Position numbers and translations under genes: made by a program
Part shown: positions 1 to 12,040 of the stretch, one piece after another
Numbering within the stretch: position 1 is the stretch's first letter
Layout of the letters: each line of letters begins with the position of its first letter
DNA from: Octopus bimaculoides
Lineage: Eukaryota
Direction of reading: 5' to 3'
Length of the DNA: 64,000 nucleotides
Assembly (NCBI RefSeq): GCF_001194135.2
Contig: NC_068993.1
Location: forward strand, 1,372,744-1,436,743
The notes under the pieces: generated by a model
What the model saw: only the letters and a program-made list of their open reading frames with translations
Told to the model about the DNA's origin: nothing
Databases searched by the model: none

Positions 1-76
1 CTTTCTCTCCCTCACTCCCTCTCTTTCTCTCTCTCCCCCTCTCCCTCCCTCTCTTTCTCTCCCTCCCTCCCTCTCT
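1..76. repeat. CT-rich compound microsatellite
   Basis: Near-pure pyrimidine run of CT/CCCT/CTTT units at the window start. Confidence 0.9.
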
Positions 77-199
77 ATAGCTGATTCTCTTGATACCCAG
101 CTTTTTCTCTTGGCCCAAGCACCAAGTGGATACAGGTGCTATAGTGAACACTGCTTCTACACTAATTACAGACGCACTCACCTGCCCTCACATTCCAGG

Positions 200-424
200 C
201 ATTTAGCATTCAAGTTATTCTGTCAGAAGGAATGCAGATTTATTCACAGTGTTTTGAATTAATCCTGGATTATCTCATAGCTTTGAGATTTCAATGTCAT
301 GATTGTTTATTTTTAGGATGACGTTGTAGGGTAGGTGAGAGAGGCCAGATCTGGCCAGTGTTTGTATGTAAAACGGTTAGAATATTTGGGCTGGATTTGG
401 CCAGTTTCAATGCTAAAGGATTAA
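200..424. mobile_element. Short MITE-like repeat, piggyBac-like ends
   Basis: TTTAGCATT at 202-210 is the inverse of part of AATGCTAAAGGATTAA at 409-424. The interior recurs at about 10611-10805 and 19950-20070. TTAA-CCC-like ends suggest a piggyBac class (inference). Confidence 0.55.
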
Positions 425-694
425 ATAAGTTAACCATTTAATTGTTAATTTTAGAACATTTTTTTTATATTACCAAAATGCTTTAGTCCTATATTTATCC
501 ACCTTCTAACCCTAGTAAGATCAACATTAATTACTGTTCCAATAAACTAAGTACCAGTAAGATAATGGTGCCGAACCATTCCTCCCAATCACGTTTCTTT
601 GCAATTAAGAGTCATAAAATCGTTTGTCAATCAAGTCATTTGTCTTTTGATCCTATGTTGTTGTTGTTCTTTCTTTTCAGAAACCAGTTCAAAG

Positions 695-1837
695 ATGGCT
701 GATGAACAAACTAATACAAACAACACAGGCAACAGAACCACAGTATGGGTAATTATTCTGGGTTTTTATTATTATGTCCACCTTAACGAAGGCAGAGGTA
801 TTATTTTCAGTTGTGTTTGTGTGTTTGTCCATGGACTAGATATCTCAAAAACCACTGGATGGATTTGGATGAAACCTTCAGGGATGTATGGCCTCGTGAC
901 TGGCACAAACTGATTAGATTTTGGGATCAAACCGGTACTGGACAAGGATTTTCGACATTTACATTTAATGAATATTTGTCCTCATCTTGTTTGTTGTTAA
1001 CACAGCATTTCAGCTGATATATCCCCAAGCCTTTATCAAGTGTCTTGGGGAAATTTCGAACTGGAGTTCTCATTCTTAAGGTATTTTTCAATGTTATTAT
1101 TATTATTCAGGTCACTGCCTGGAATCGAACTCAGAATCTTGGGGTTAGTAACCCACACTCTTAATTGCTATGCCATATGTTGGCATGGTTAGATCAATGC
1201 ATATTACTGAGACATTGGTTTTATAACCAGATGCCCTTCTGGTCTTTAATCCTTATCTGTCTATCAAGTAAGGGAATTCCCATTCTAATTACCTTAAAAA
1301 GCACAGAGCTACTGGAAAAAATCTATTCAGGATTATTATATAATTAATATGAGTGCGAGTAACTAAGTTGACCTTAAGAATATATTTGCCCACTGCTGTG
1401 GGTGAATGATTCATCATTTTTGTGTGTGACAAGAGAATAATGTGTTTTATGAATCACGTGTGTATCACAAAATTATTGATTACTTTGTTTTATCAATCAT
1501 ACAAGTATGATTGTATGAAAAAAGTAAAGAAAGGCTAATAATCTTGACCAAGTGGCCAGGGTGGTAAATTACTGGGGACAAGGCCACTTCTTTTAGTGCT
1601 GGTGCCCTGGTGAATTGCACTTGGTTCATTCAATAAAGTGATTGGCATCAGGAAGGGTGGCCAGCTGTAGAAACCATGTCCGCATTGGACGGTAGCAGTA
1701 ATATCCATGATGTCTCCGATTAACAACCTCCCCACTGCTGCCGGCAGGAAAGGCAGGCATAACATGTTGAGGATGTCCATGGATTAATACCACTTATCCG
1801 TTGTATCCGGTTTATATATTTGCTCTATGTTATATGA

Positions 1838-1873
<36 letters not shown>

Positions 1874-4800
1874 TGTGCTGTTGTTGATATGGTAGAAAAC
1901 AAACAAGTAGATAACTCTATTATCTTTTTGTTTTTTACTTGTACTCCCCCCCCCCGACACCTCTTCACTGTCTTCTTTCTGACCAATCCTTCATTAGTCT
2001 CTTGTCTTTCCTCCCACCTGTGGCTCTTATCTCTCTACTCACCCACTCCCCCCAACGTCAGCTGACCTCTTTTTTACCTCCTCTAACACTACTTACACCT
2101 ACTCCTCCTCATCCTCCCTATACCACTTCCATTTCCCATTCATGGCTTTGTAGCCATGCTGTTAAAACCTCTCTTTCTTTCCCTCCTCTTCCCTTGTCCA
2201 AAATGTCATTCAACCAAAGAACTTTCTCTAATTTCTGATGGGTTTCCTAACTCAATTCTGCTAGTGAGAGGCAGGTGGCTGTAATTGTTTATATATTTCA
2301 TATACTCATTTGTTTTACAGTCATTTTTCAATGTTGGCATGGGTTAGATCAATGCATATTACTGAGACATTGGTTTTATAATCAGATTCTTGAGATGTAA
2401 AGCTATATTGAAAACCAGTGAGTACCTGCTAGAAGGACAATGTGTGATTATTAATTATATGTAATTAGTTAACATTTGTCTTACTAATTGTTAATATAAC
2501 GATTGACTTGGTTGCTGACTGCCTTCTGAGGCATCCAGTCTGTTGATAAACATTTCTTCCTCCTGCTTCATCTCCCTACAAAGGTGGCCTGTGTCCCCAA
2601 TAGAATGCCACTGAGCCGTGTTTGTTCCAGCTGTGTTCAGTGTTCAAATCCTTCTGATGTCATCTTTGCCTTTCATTCTTATGGAAATCCATAACTACAA
2701 GAGTATGGAACTAGTGAAGAATTTTCTCTTTTTCCTGTGTCTCAAAATTTGTCGCATTGCAGGAGAGGGGTAAGGGAACACACAGCGTCCTTTTTCCAGA
2801 AATGGAGGAACTTTGAGCAAGAGGCTAGTATTAGCGTCTTCTTATAAATGGAAAAAAATTCATGTGGCTGCTGGAACTGTCCAAGAATAGACCAACGTGT
2901 GGTCAAGCATGGAACAGTAATAATAAATAATAGGGTATATTCCTCCCTGTAGTCTTGGAGTTGGGATGGCTTCCTTCTCTGGGTTCTAACCAAACAGGAA
3001 TATAGATGGCTGTTGGGTGCAAGACTAGAATTGGAAAAGTATTAAATCATCATCATCATCTATGAAGTGTATCCTTCTGTAAATTGGTTCCTGTTGTCTT
3101 GATTCTAAACACCATCTAAGAGAGGTAAATGTTTCTGATGAAATCTGGAAGGTCAGGTTCCTGTCATTTCTCAGAGACCAACAGATGAAGACTTGGTAAA
3201 AACCATCCAACTCAAGATAACAGGAAGAATTATCAAATTTTTGAAACATTAAATAAAAACTGAGGCAAAAAAAAAAAAAAAATTCATTTCCGTTCACATT
3301 TTGTTGTTTCCTTTGTATTGTTTTTAATATTTCTATTGATTTTTCTTTTCCAGAATTACATGATGGGGAACAAGGTAGCTGCCAGTCTGTGGCTTACTCG
3401 TATAATGACTATTTCTTTTACTATTCTCTTCGTTTTACCAATATTTGGGTAAGTTCATTCTTCTGTTAATTTCACCCTAATTAAGTCTAAGTTATCAGGA
3501 TGCAGAAAAATAATTATTTGTTGGGCTTTATCTAAGATTATTTATTTTTTATGTGCCCTTTTAAAGCCTAGCCAGGCTCATGGGCCCGGTTTCTATGGCG
3601 TATGTGTTCCCCCCAGCTGGATGGGACGCTAGTCCATCACAGCTTTACTCAAGAAACAAGAAGAAAGGGTGAGAGAAAGTTGGGGCAAAAGAGTACAACA
3701 GGGGTCGTTTTATGAATACAGGCGCAAGTTCTAAGTTCAGTCCCACTACATGGTACCTTGGCCACCCGACCAAAATCTTGTGAGTGGATTTGGTAGATGA
3801 AAATTCTTTATGGCAAGACTCCAGTATGACCACAATCTAATGACTGAAACAAGTAAAAGACATATATTTGAATTAGGTCTGTGGTTGTTGTTGTTGTTTG
3901 AGCATATTTTATGTCACAGAATTGTACAAACAAGGGAAAAAAGGAGTTATTTAATACATATTGTGGAGTTTTATACTATTTCTTATGAACTGAAAATGTT
4001 CTTAAGTTTCACAACCAACAAGTATTGTTGTATACAAGACCTGTTGGGTCAAGTAAAACCAAAATCGTAGCTGTGGCCAGTACCCCCTGACTGGCTCCTG
4101 TTCTGGAGACACGTAAAATGCATCACCCAAACTTGGTCATTGCCAGTGCCGCCTGACTGGCTTCTGTGACAGTGGCACATAAAAAGCAATGTCTGAACGT
4201 GGTCGATGCCAGATCCACCTGACTGGCTCCAGTGCCAATGGTGCACAAAAGGCACTATCCGAACGTGATCGATGCTAGGGCCATCCGACAGGCTTCTATG
4301 TCGGTGGCACATAAAAAGCACCCACTACACTCTGAGTGGTAGGCATTAGGAAGGGCATCCAGCTGTAGAAACATTATCAGATCATATTGGAGCCTGGTGC
4401 TGCCACTGGCTTTCCAGACCTCAGTCGAACCGTCCAACTCATGCCAGCATGGAAAACTGACAATAAACAATGATGATGATGATGATGACATTACTGAAAT
4501 GAAAAGAATCCTTGCCACTTTTTCTTCAACTAAGAAAGCAATATTACTTGAAGTGTCAAGAATTATTAACGATAATTGTTTTAATGTGAATGCAATTCCA
4601 GTGTTGTTGTCGAAATGTGAGGTGACAGAGCAGTGTGGTTTGTGCATAAAGGTAACATTGAGTAGATTATTAAAGCAGGGGCTAGAATATATGCTTCTGT
4701 GCCAGTTTGTGCATACGTGTGCCACTGTGTGGGTGCAGTTTTAGAATTTACTTTGGTTTAACCTTTTGGTAATTATTTGAAATCTATTTCTATTTCATCT

Positions 4801-7800
4801 TCAGAGGTAATTCCTATAGTTTTTACCAGAGAGCACTATTGAGTAATGCAGCCACCAGTGCATTGCGGCTTTATCAGCGGTTGCCCAATTTTCAGTTAAA
4901 CAGACAATACTTTGGACAACTTATCATGGAAGATAGTTGCCATTATCTGCTGTATTCTTTGATATTTATCAACTCTTACCCAATCACAAGTAAGTTTCCT
5001 CTATTTTATTTGCTCTTTCACAAATTATACACTTGGTTATTCATTTAATTCTTTTGCTACCATATTTCCATAAGTACTTGGTTATTCTTTAAGGTCCTGC
5101 AGAGTCCTTAGACAGCAAACTGGTAGAACCACTAGAGTGTCAGACCAAATGTTCTAGTCGTTTATGATCTGAGTTCAAATCCTGTAGAGGTCATCTTCAC
5201 CTTTCCTCCAAGTTGATAAAACAAAGTACCTCTCCAGGCCGGTAGATAAACAGAATTGTTAGAGCATTGAACCAAACACTTTCTTCTGTTTGTTGTGGTT
5301 CTTTCTATTCTATCTGCCTTGCTTTAATATGGACATGTTTGTTCACCTACCAACAAGTTGGAATCTTTCAAATATACTCAATGTAAGGAAACAGAAACTT
5401 GTCTTTTTTTGTATTTTCCCCCATGGGACAGAATCAGTGGAGCAACAGATGAAATGCTTTACTATTTTTTAACATTCAGTGTTCAAATTTCACCAAAGTT
5501 GACTTTTTGTTTTATATCTTCCTGAAGTCACTAGAAACAAGTACCAGTTGTATTACTGGGGGCGGCTGAATGCATTCTGCTCTATCCCATGCACACATTC
5601 AAACACCCACAACCCTTTCCAATGTATTTTTATTTTGATTCTCATTCCTACCTGTGTCAGTAACAATATTATTCTAATTATTAATACCTTTTTAATTTTT
5701 CTAGTGGTGTTAGCACCGTTATTTCTCTTTTCATTGCTTCATGCCTGTGACTATACCAAAAGCATACTTAATGTGAGTACACTCTTTGATTACCTAGATC
5801 TTGAAAATGTTCGTTAAACAGTTTCTCTTTCTCGCCTCTCCCCACTCTTTCCCCCCTTCTCTCCCTCTCTCTTTTTCTCTCACATTATATTGTCTTATCT
5901 GCATTTTATATTTCTGTAGCTTTCAAGTTCAGATGTAGAATTAAATTATTTTGAAAATATTTTTTGAAGTCAGAAATGCTATGACTGTCTTAGAACTGGT
6001 AATTGAAAGTATTGGAAGAAACCAGTAGAAGACATTTTAAAAGTGGTTCCCTGTGGAATAATAATAATAATTATGATATTGGTTTCAGATTTTGGCACAA
6101 GGCCAGCAAGGTTCAGGTGAGGGGCAAGTCAGTTACATCGACCCTGAATGGATGAAAGGCAAAGTCAACCTTAGTAAAATAATAATCCTTCTACAGTAAA
6201 AAAGAAGAAATAGTAAATGGGTTAACGAGTTGTTCTCATCACAACGAAGCTCTGATTTTTCTAGGATCCTACTGCAACTGTGATAAAACTCTAATCCTAA
6301 TTAATGCTGTGCATATCAAATAATCTTATTTCATAAATATTTATATTCTTTCTATTCAATGGAGATAATATTCACAGTTTGGCTGACATTAACTTAACCT
6401 GTTCTCCTACTTGGTCTCTCTACCTGTAATCATTATTGCTGTACAAAATACTTTGCAGCATTTCATACATGTCTATGTTCTGGGTTCAAATTTCACCAAG
6501 GTTGACTTTGCCTTTTGGGGTCGATAAAATAAGTATCATGTTGAGCACAGAGGTTGATGTAATCGACTAGCCCCTCCCCTTGAAACAATTTCAGGCCTTG
6601 TGCCTTTAGTAAAAAAGATTATTATTATTATGAAGGTGGAGAGCTGACAGAATTGTTAACACGTCAGGCGAACTGCTTAGCAGTATTTCGTCTGCCCTCT
6701 ACATACTGAGTTCAAATTCCACCGAGGTCGACTTTGCTTTTCATTCTTTTGGAGTCGATTAAATAAGAACCAGTAACACACTGGGGTCAATATAATCGAC
6801 TTAATCCCTTCCTCCCCAAACTGCCCTTGTGGCAAAAATTTGAAATCATTATTATCATTATTTAATGTTCCATCTGCTGAATTGTTAGAGTTTTCACAGA
6901 ACCACCTCACTGCGATTGTTTCAGCTGTGTGTTCCTCAGTTCAAATCCAACAGTGATCACTTTTGCCTTTTATGCCTCTGAGGTTGAAGTACCAGTCAAG
7001 TTCTGGGTTGACTTCTCCCTCTCCCAGAATGGTTATGGTGTCCTGTGAGATAGTTGTGGTTAGGCTAGTCACCTATTCTCATCAAAAATCCCTGACTGAA
7101 CCCATGGGTTGTTTAGCACAGAACAGTTTAAAAGTAAGCTGTTTATCATCACATTATGATGGTTGAATATTGTAGAAGCGTCAGAGCAGTGGTAAAACTG
7201 TCTTGCATCATTTAGTTACAAGCCTTTATATTTTGAGTTCAAATCCCACTAAATGCTTTTTTTTTTCTTTCTTTTTCATTCTTACGCAGACATTAAATGA
7301 TGTAACAGTAAAACAACAACTGTCACCTCAGATTTCTGGTCTTGTCCCGTATGTTAACAATCGTTGTTGTTGTTGTTCTCATTACAGATTTTAGGGAGCA
7401 ATTCTCTGCAGTTTATGATGAATCTAATTGCAAGTCTTGAACTTCAACAGTCAAATATTCTCAGATTTATTGCTTGTAATGAAATATTTCTCATGCCTGG
7501 CATTGTATTGATGATCTTTTCGTAAGTAAATCTTTGTAATTATTTCATATTTAATCCCACTGTTTATATATTCTCTATATATCTCTCTCTCTCCCCACCA
7601 GAAATGTGCTGTCTTTGCAGTTATTACCATTAAACCCTCCAGTTCAGTCCAAACCCAACAGCCCTGTCACCTATCACATGACTACTGACCCCTTGGCCTC
7701 TTTTTTATCACCAGTCCCTCATAAACTTCTCTAGGTTTTTTCCCCCGTTATCACTGAACAAGTTTCTTAATGGCAGAGTGGGTAACATTCCAGACAACCT

Positions 7801-9459
7801 GCTGAGAGGTTGTTGGTTCATATCCTACCAGTGATATTGTGTTCTCTCTGTGGACAAGGTATTTACCTCTCGACAGCTGTTATCATTCTGTTTCTTCGAG
7901 ACAGTTGTATTTGCTGATGTTTCTGGAATTCCTAGTATCTATGAAAAAGCATCTTGGCTGGCTCATGGTGCCACCATTGTTTAGGAAGCAGGTTTTAACC
8001 AAATTAAGAAATCTTGGAGTATCTGTCCCACAACCAAAATTACAAAACAAAATTACAGATCAGCTGGACCCCTCATCATCGTAACAGTTTGAAAATATAT
8101 TCAGAGTGTTTGATTTTTATTTCATGCAGGGTTCTTGATTACTCTTAGGATGCTCATATCCTTCTTTACTTCCTTCCTTCTCATCCCTTGACTGTGTGGT
8201 CATTGGGGCATTCATTGATGTCGTAACTAGATTTTGCCCTTTTTAAAGTCTTCTGCTACCTCTGTGGAGTCAGTGACCCTGGCTGACATCCAATCCAGAA
8301 TGTATCATGAGCAATTCAGATTGGTGGCCCCTATTTCTCTCCAAGCTGTTGGCCACAACCATATGTCTCTGCCTCAGCTGGTTGACTCCTTCGGAAACCT
8401 TACCCAGGATTTTTCACCTGCATACAACGTAACAGCTTATGTCTTGACTTCTTCGTTTCCATGACATCTCGTGTTATGAGTTAATAATAAGTCTCTGACA
8501 GGTTTACCAAATATCAGCTTTTTATGATTTTTCCAATTTATTTTCATTTCAGAGGAAAAGCTTCATTGCTTTTGCCATTTATTTACTACCGTTTCATAAC
8601 CATGCGCTATTCTTCAAGGAGAAATCCATATTGCAGGTGAGTAACAAATTTGGGAGTTTTACAAGTGTTTGTTTTTTGTTTTTGTTTTTTTGTTTTTTTA
8701 CATGTAAAAATAAAAATGTGGCCTTTAAATCTCTTTTAGAAACCATTTTGATGGTAGATTGGTAGAACTGGCAGAGAGCCTTGGACAAAATACCTTGTAG
8801 TAGTTACAATCTGAATTTAAATCCCACTGGAGTTGACTTTAACTGCCATCTTTCTACTATCAATAAAATGAGTACCTGTAATATGTTGGGGATTGATCTG
8901 AGTCTGTCACTTCCACTAAATTTATGGCTTTGTATCTGTTTAACCCTTTCGATACTAACCTGGGTGAAAAAATTTTTGGTTGTGACTCCTTCATGTATCA
9001 CCTGGTTAACTATATGGATGACTAGGCAACAATTTACCCATTGCACACTGTATATATGTGTATGTACACACACACACATATACGCTCATACAACAGGCTT
9101 CTTTCAGTCTCTGTCTTCCATTTCGGCTCTCAAGATTTTGGTTGACCCAAGGCTGAAGTAGAAATCAGTTGCCCAAGCTGCCATGCCATGAGAGAGGACC
9201 CAAGATCATTTGGTTAGGAAGCAAGCTTCTGAGACTTTTTTTTTTTTTTCTGTTTTGTTTTTGTGTGTCTGTCCTGTGGAGCAGAAATTCTTTTCATAAC
9301 AGAATTTTCTGTATTTTCTTTTGCAGGACTTTGTTTCATGAAATGCGTATCACCGTGGAGACTTTGTGTTCGAAACCTCAGTGTCCCGTTTTCTTGAAGA
9401 ACTTCTGTTATAGGGGAATTGCCTTAATCTCTCGACTCGCTCCACAGACCAATTCTTAG
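695..9459 (+). CDS. TMEM33: Transmembrane protein 33 (Pom33/Kr-h2 family, ER and nuclear-pore membrane protein), 250 aa
   Basis: Seven phase-consistent GT-AG coding exons: 695-748, 3354-3448, 4805-4989, 5705-5772, 7388-7521, 8553-8636, 9327-9459 (753 nt). Translation includes FYQRALLSNAATSALRLYQRLPNFQLNR, EDSCHYLLYSLIF, FIACNEIFLMP, YYRFITMRYSSRRNPYCRTLFHE and ISRLAP, all typical of TMEM33. The acceptor at 679-680 implies an upstream non-coding exon. Confidence 0.95.
955..1175 (-). mobile_element. Repeat with a tRNA-like head and a Penelope/hammerhead-like tail
   Basis: Minus strand has B-box-like GAGTTCGATTCC near 1117-1128, then (AAT)n, then CACTTGATAAAGGCTTGGGGATATATCAGCTGAAATG. 955-1060 is homologous to the hairpin arms at 53360-53524. 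Confidence 0.5.
3560..3655 (-). mobile_element. 3' part of a tRNA-derived SINE (same family as 22735-22990)
   Basis: Reverse complement of GATGGACTGGCGTCCCATCCAGCTGGGGAACACATACGCCAT...CCTGGCT...TTTAAAAGGGCAC seen at 22890-22985. Confidence 0.7.
4060..4490 (+). mobile_element. 3' end of an abundant non-LTR (RTE-like) retroelement with internal ~60-bp subrepeats and a (GAT)n tail
   Basis: About four degenerate CTGACTGGCTCC...GTGGCACATAAAAAGCA units, then GGCATTAGGAAGGGCATCCAGCTGTAGAAA...CATGCCAGCATGGAAA...(GAT)n. Other copies in either orientation near 14510, 29958, 36020, 37620, 39100, 40125, 42506, 50930, 55750, 60530 and 61150. Confidence 0.75.
6633..6862 (+). mobile_element. tRNA-derived SINE (octopus OR-like family)
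   Basis: A-box-like GAGCTGACAGAA, B-box GAGTTCAAATTCC, body GTCGACTTTGC(C/T)TTTCAT...AAATAAG(T/A)ACCAGT, and an (ATT)n tail. Many further copies, for example 37040-37220, 43200-43400, 53750-53940 and 63340-63450. Confidence 0.8.
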
Positions 9460-10610
9460 CTCCAGTTATTGCTACCTGAACTATTTTATTAATACTCTAA
9501 ACAATATACTACAAATTAATTGTTGTGTTAACGAGGTGGGGATGGGTGGGGGAGCTGACAAAGATAACAACTATTTTGTCTTCAATAAATCTACTGCATA
9601 TAGGTATTTATTTTAGTCCTGATAAGAAGCATTTCTTCAAAGTTTTCCATTTGACATAACAGCTGGAATTTAACAAGAAAAACAAAGCAGTTTCTCCCAA
9701 TTCAATCAATAACAAACTATTGGGGGGTTTTCTTTTTTGTTTTTGTTTTTTTCATAGCTTTCCTAATTTTTTATTTTTTGAAAGATTTCTACTGACTCTT
9801 AATCTTTCCATTGCTGTCATATATTTACTCACCAAAATTCACTAATAATAATAATAATAACAACTAATAATACTATTCTATTGAGAAACATATTTTCATT
9901 TCTCTTTTATTTATTTTATTTATTTTTATTAAAATGAAGAACCACCCTATCATGTGTAAAAAAAAAAAATAAAAATAAAAATTTGACAATGGATATCATC
10001 AAGTCTAAATTTGAAGACTAAAAGTAATTTTGGCAAACTATTTATCACGATATTTTTCTGCTTTTCAATGAATATTGTCATAAATATGCTAAGTGTTTTG
10101 TTTGTCTTTTTTTTTATAACATCCATTGATTTTATTTAAGAAATGGAAATAAAAGATCACATTTCCAACATGAAAATCTCAGTCACATTGGTTCCAGTTG
10201 AGTTTCATCCCTGTTATAGAAACAAAATTGTAACATCTGCTTCCTCATAATTGTGTGAGACAAAATTCTTTGAAGCAAATTTTCTATGGTGCCACATGTT
10301 TCCTTCGCACATAGCACACTGGCCATTCTCACGCAAGATTATAAATATCACCGCTTGTACAACACTGATGCTCGTTTACAGCTGTTCTGCAACATCAAGA
10401 CACATTCATGCATGCATTAAACGCATTTATACATACATCTTGCAAATGTGCAAAAGGTTTCTGCACTATTTCCATCTACCAAATTCACTCTGAACACTTT
10501 GGTTGACCCAGGGCTGTAGTAGCCAAAACTTGGAACTGAACCCACAACTGTGAGGTTGGGAAGTTAACTTCTTCACTACACAAGATTGCTCCTACATCTA
10601 CAATGTTATA

Positions 10611-10810
10611 ATTTAGCCCTTTAACATTCGGACTATTCTGTCAAATGTAATCCTTATTTATTCACATTGTTTTGAATCAGTTATGGATTGTCTGAGATTT
10701 TCAAGATTTCAATGATGTGATAGTTTACTTTTAGAATGACATTGTTGGGTAGGTGTAAGAAGCCAGACCTGGCTCGTTTGAAAATAAAATAGAATATTTC
10801 GGCCAGATTC
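10611..10810. mobile_element. MITE copy (family of 200-424)
   Basis: Begins TTAGCCCTTTAACATTC and aligns by eye to 200-410. Confidence 0.55.
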
Positions 10811-10908
10811 CTTCCTTGCAGCATCATTCACGGAATGAAACGGTGTCAACAATGCAAGGGAAATAACTCTAACTAGGCTAGAACTGAAGGTGGTTTCTTA
10901 GTGAAAGG

Positions 10909-11121
10909 NNNNNNNNNNNNNNNNNNNNNNNNNNNNNNNNNNNNNNNNNNNNNNNNNNNNNNNNNNNNNNNNNNNNNNNNNNNNNNNNNNNNNNNNNNNN
11001 NNNNNNNNNNNNNNNNNNNNNNNNNNNNNNNNNNNNNNNNNNNNNNNNNNNNNNNNNNNNNNNNNNNNNNNNNNNNNNNNNNNNNNNNNNNNNNNNNNNN
11101 NNNNNNNNNNNNNNNNNNNNN
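10909..11121. other. Assembly gap (N run)
   Basis: Run of N bounded on the right by a TA/CA microsatellite. Confidence 0.99.
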
Positions 11122-11159
11122 TATGTACACGTACACACACACATATATATATGTATACA

Positions 11160-11320
11160 TACAGGATGAGCTTCTTTCAGTTTCCATCTACCAAATCCAC
11201 ATACAAGGCTTTGATCATCCTGAGGTTATAGTAGACAACATCCAAGGTGTCATGCAGTGGGACTGAACCCAGAACCATGTGGTTGAGAAGCAAGCTTTAT
11301 ACCACACAGCCACGCCTGTA
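11160..11320 (-). mobile_element. tRNA-derived SINE (second family)
   Basis: Minus strand: GGCGTGGCTGTGTGGT...GGTTCTGGGTTCAGTCCCACTG...GTATGTGGATTTGGTAGATGGAAACTGAAAGAAGC. Copies near 9070-9230, 10460-10580, 28758-28870, 39300-39480, 50760-50860 and 62052-62130. Confidence 0.75.
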
Positions 11321-11759
11321 TCTTGGGTTTTTTTTTGGTTTTTTTTGACACAATATATCAAGGACTACATTATCCAAAGTTTGCTTCTTGGATTAATTTG
11401 ATGGAATTTCTATTTCCAGCAGATTAGGTGACCTCAAAGTGTCCTTGAAAGGTAGCTTGCCCAATGGTAATATCTTCTGTAATTATTTAAATAAGGTTGC
11501 TTCATGTGCTACAAATGGCAGCCAACTATTCCTCATCATCTTAAAGAACGAAGGTCACCATGAACTTTGTACACCTGATTATTCAAGAAATCAACAGGAT
11601 GGTCATGGTAGTATTTTTAGTAACAACACCAAATGCTATTTTATTAAACCTTCCAAAGACTTCATTTGAACAAAGTCCAGTTACTTTAGTTTAAAATGGA
11701 GAGAGATTCTGAGTGGCCATTTGTCCAAATTAATGCAGAAAGGAGGTGCTTTATTTGAG

Positions 11760-12040
11760 AGCAGTTCCTCTGTTGGCAACAAATCAGAAGCTAATGTAAG
11801 GAGTACTTTTGATGTGATCCAGAGATAATGGAATCAGGTTTGTAATGTCGAGCTGCATGGAAGAGACAGGAACTGACTATTGAAAGTATCAACTGAGGTG
11901 CTGCAGACTTAATATGGTTACCACATGTGACAAAAGAAGAAGAATAATGGGGTAGGGTGAAGTGCTGTGTTCCAACTAGAAGGTATCTGTAGCAGAAGAA
12001 AGGATCGGGTAAAAGAATGAGGTCACTAAGCATGTTTAGG
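11760..12040 (-). mobile_element. Decayed CR1/L2-like LINE 3' fragment
   Basis: Minus-strand translation with FFCYRYL resembles the LFYRYY segment at the end of CR1/L2 ORF2. It is frameshifted and no long ORF remains. Confidence 0.35.

Noticed and set aside
4049-4744. Overlapping 90-156-aa ORFs and ~60-bp repeated units that might suggest a CRISPR-like array
   Set aside because: The units are degenerate internal repeats of the RTE-like element, without constant repeats or unique spacers. The ORFs are chance frames through that repeat.
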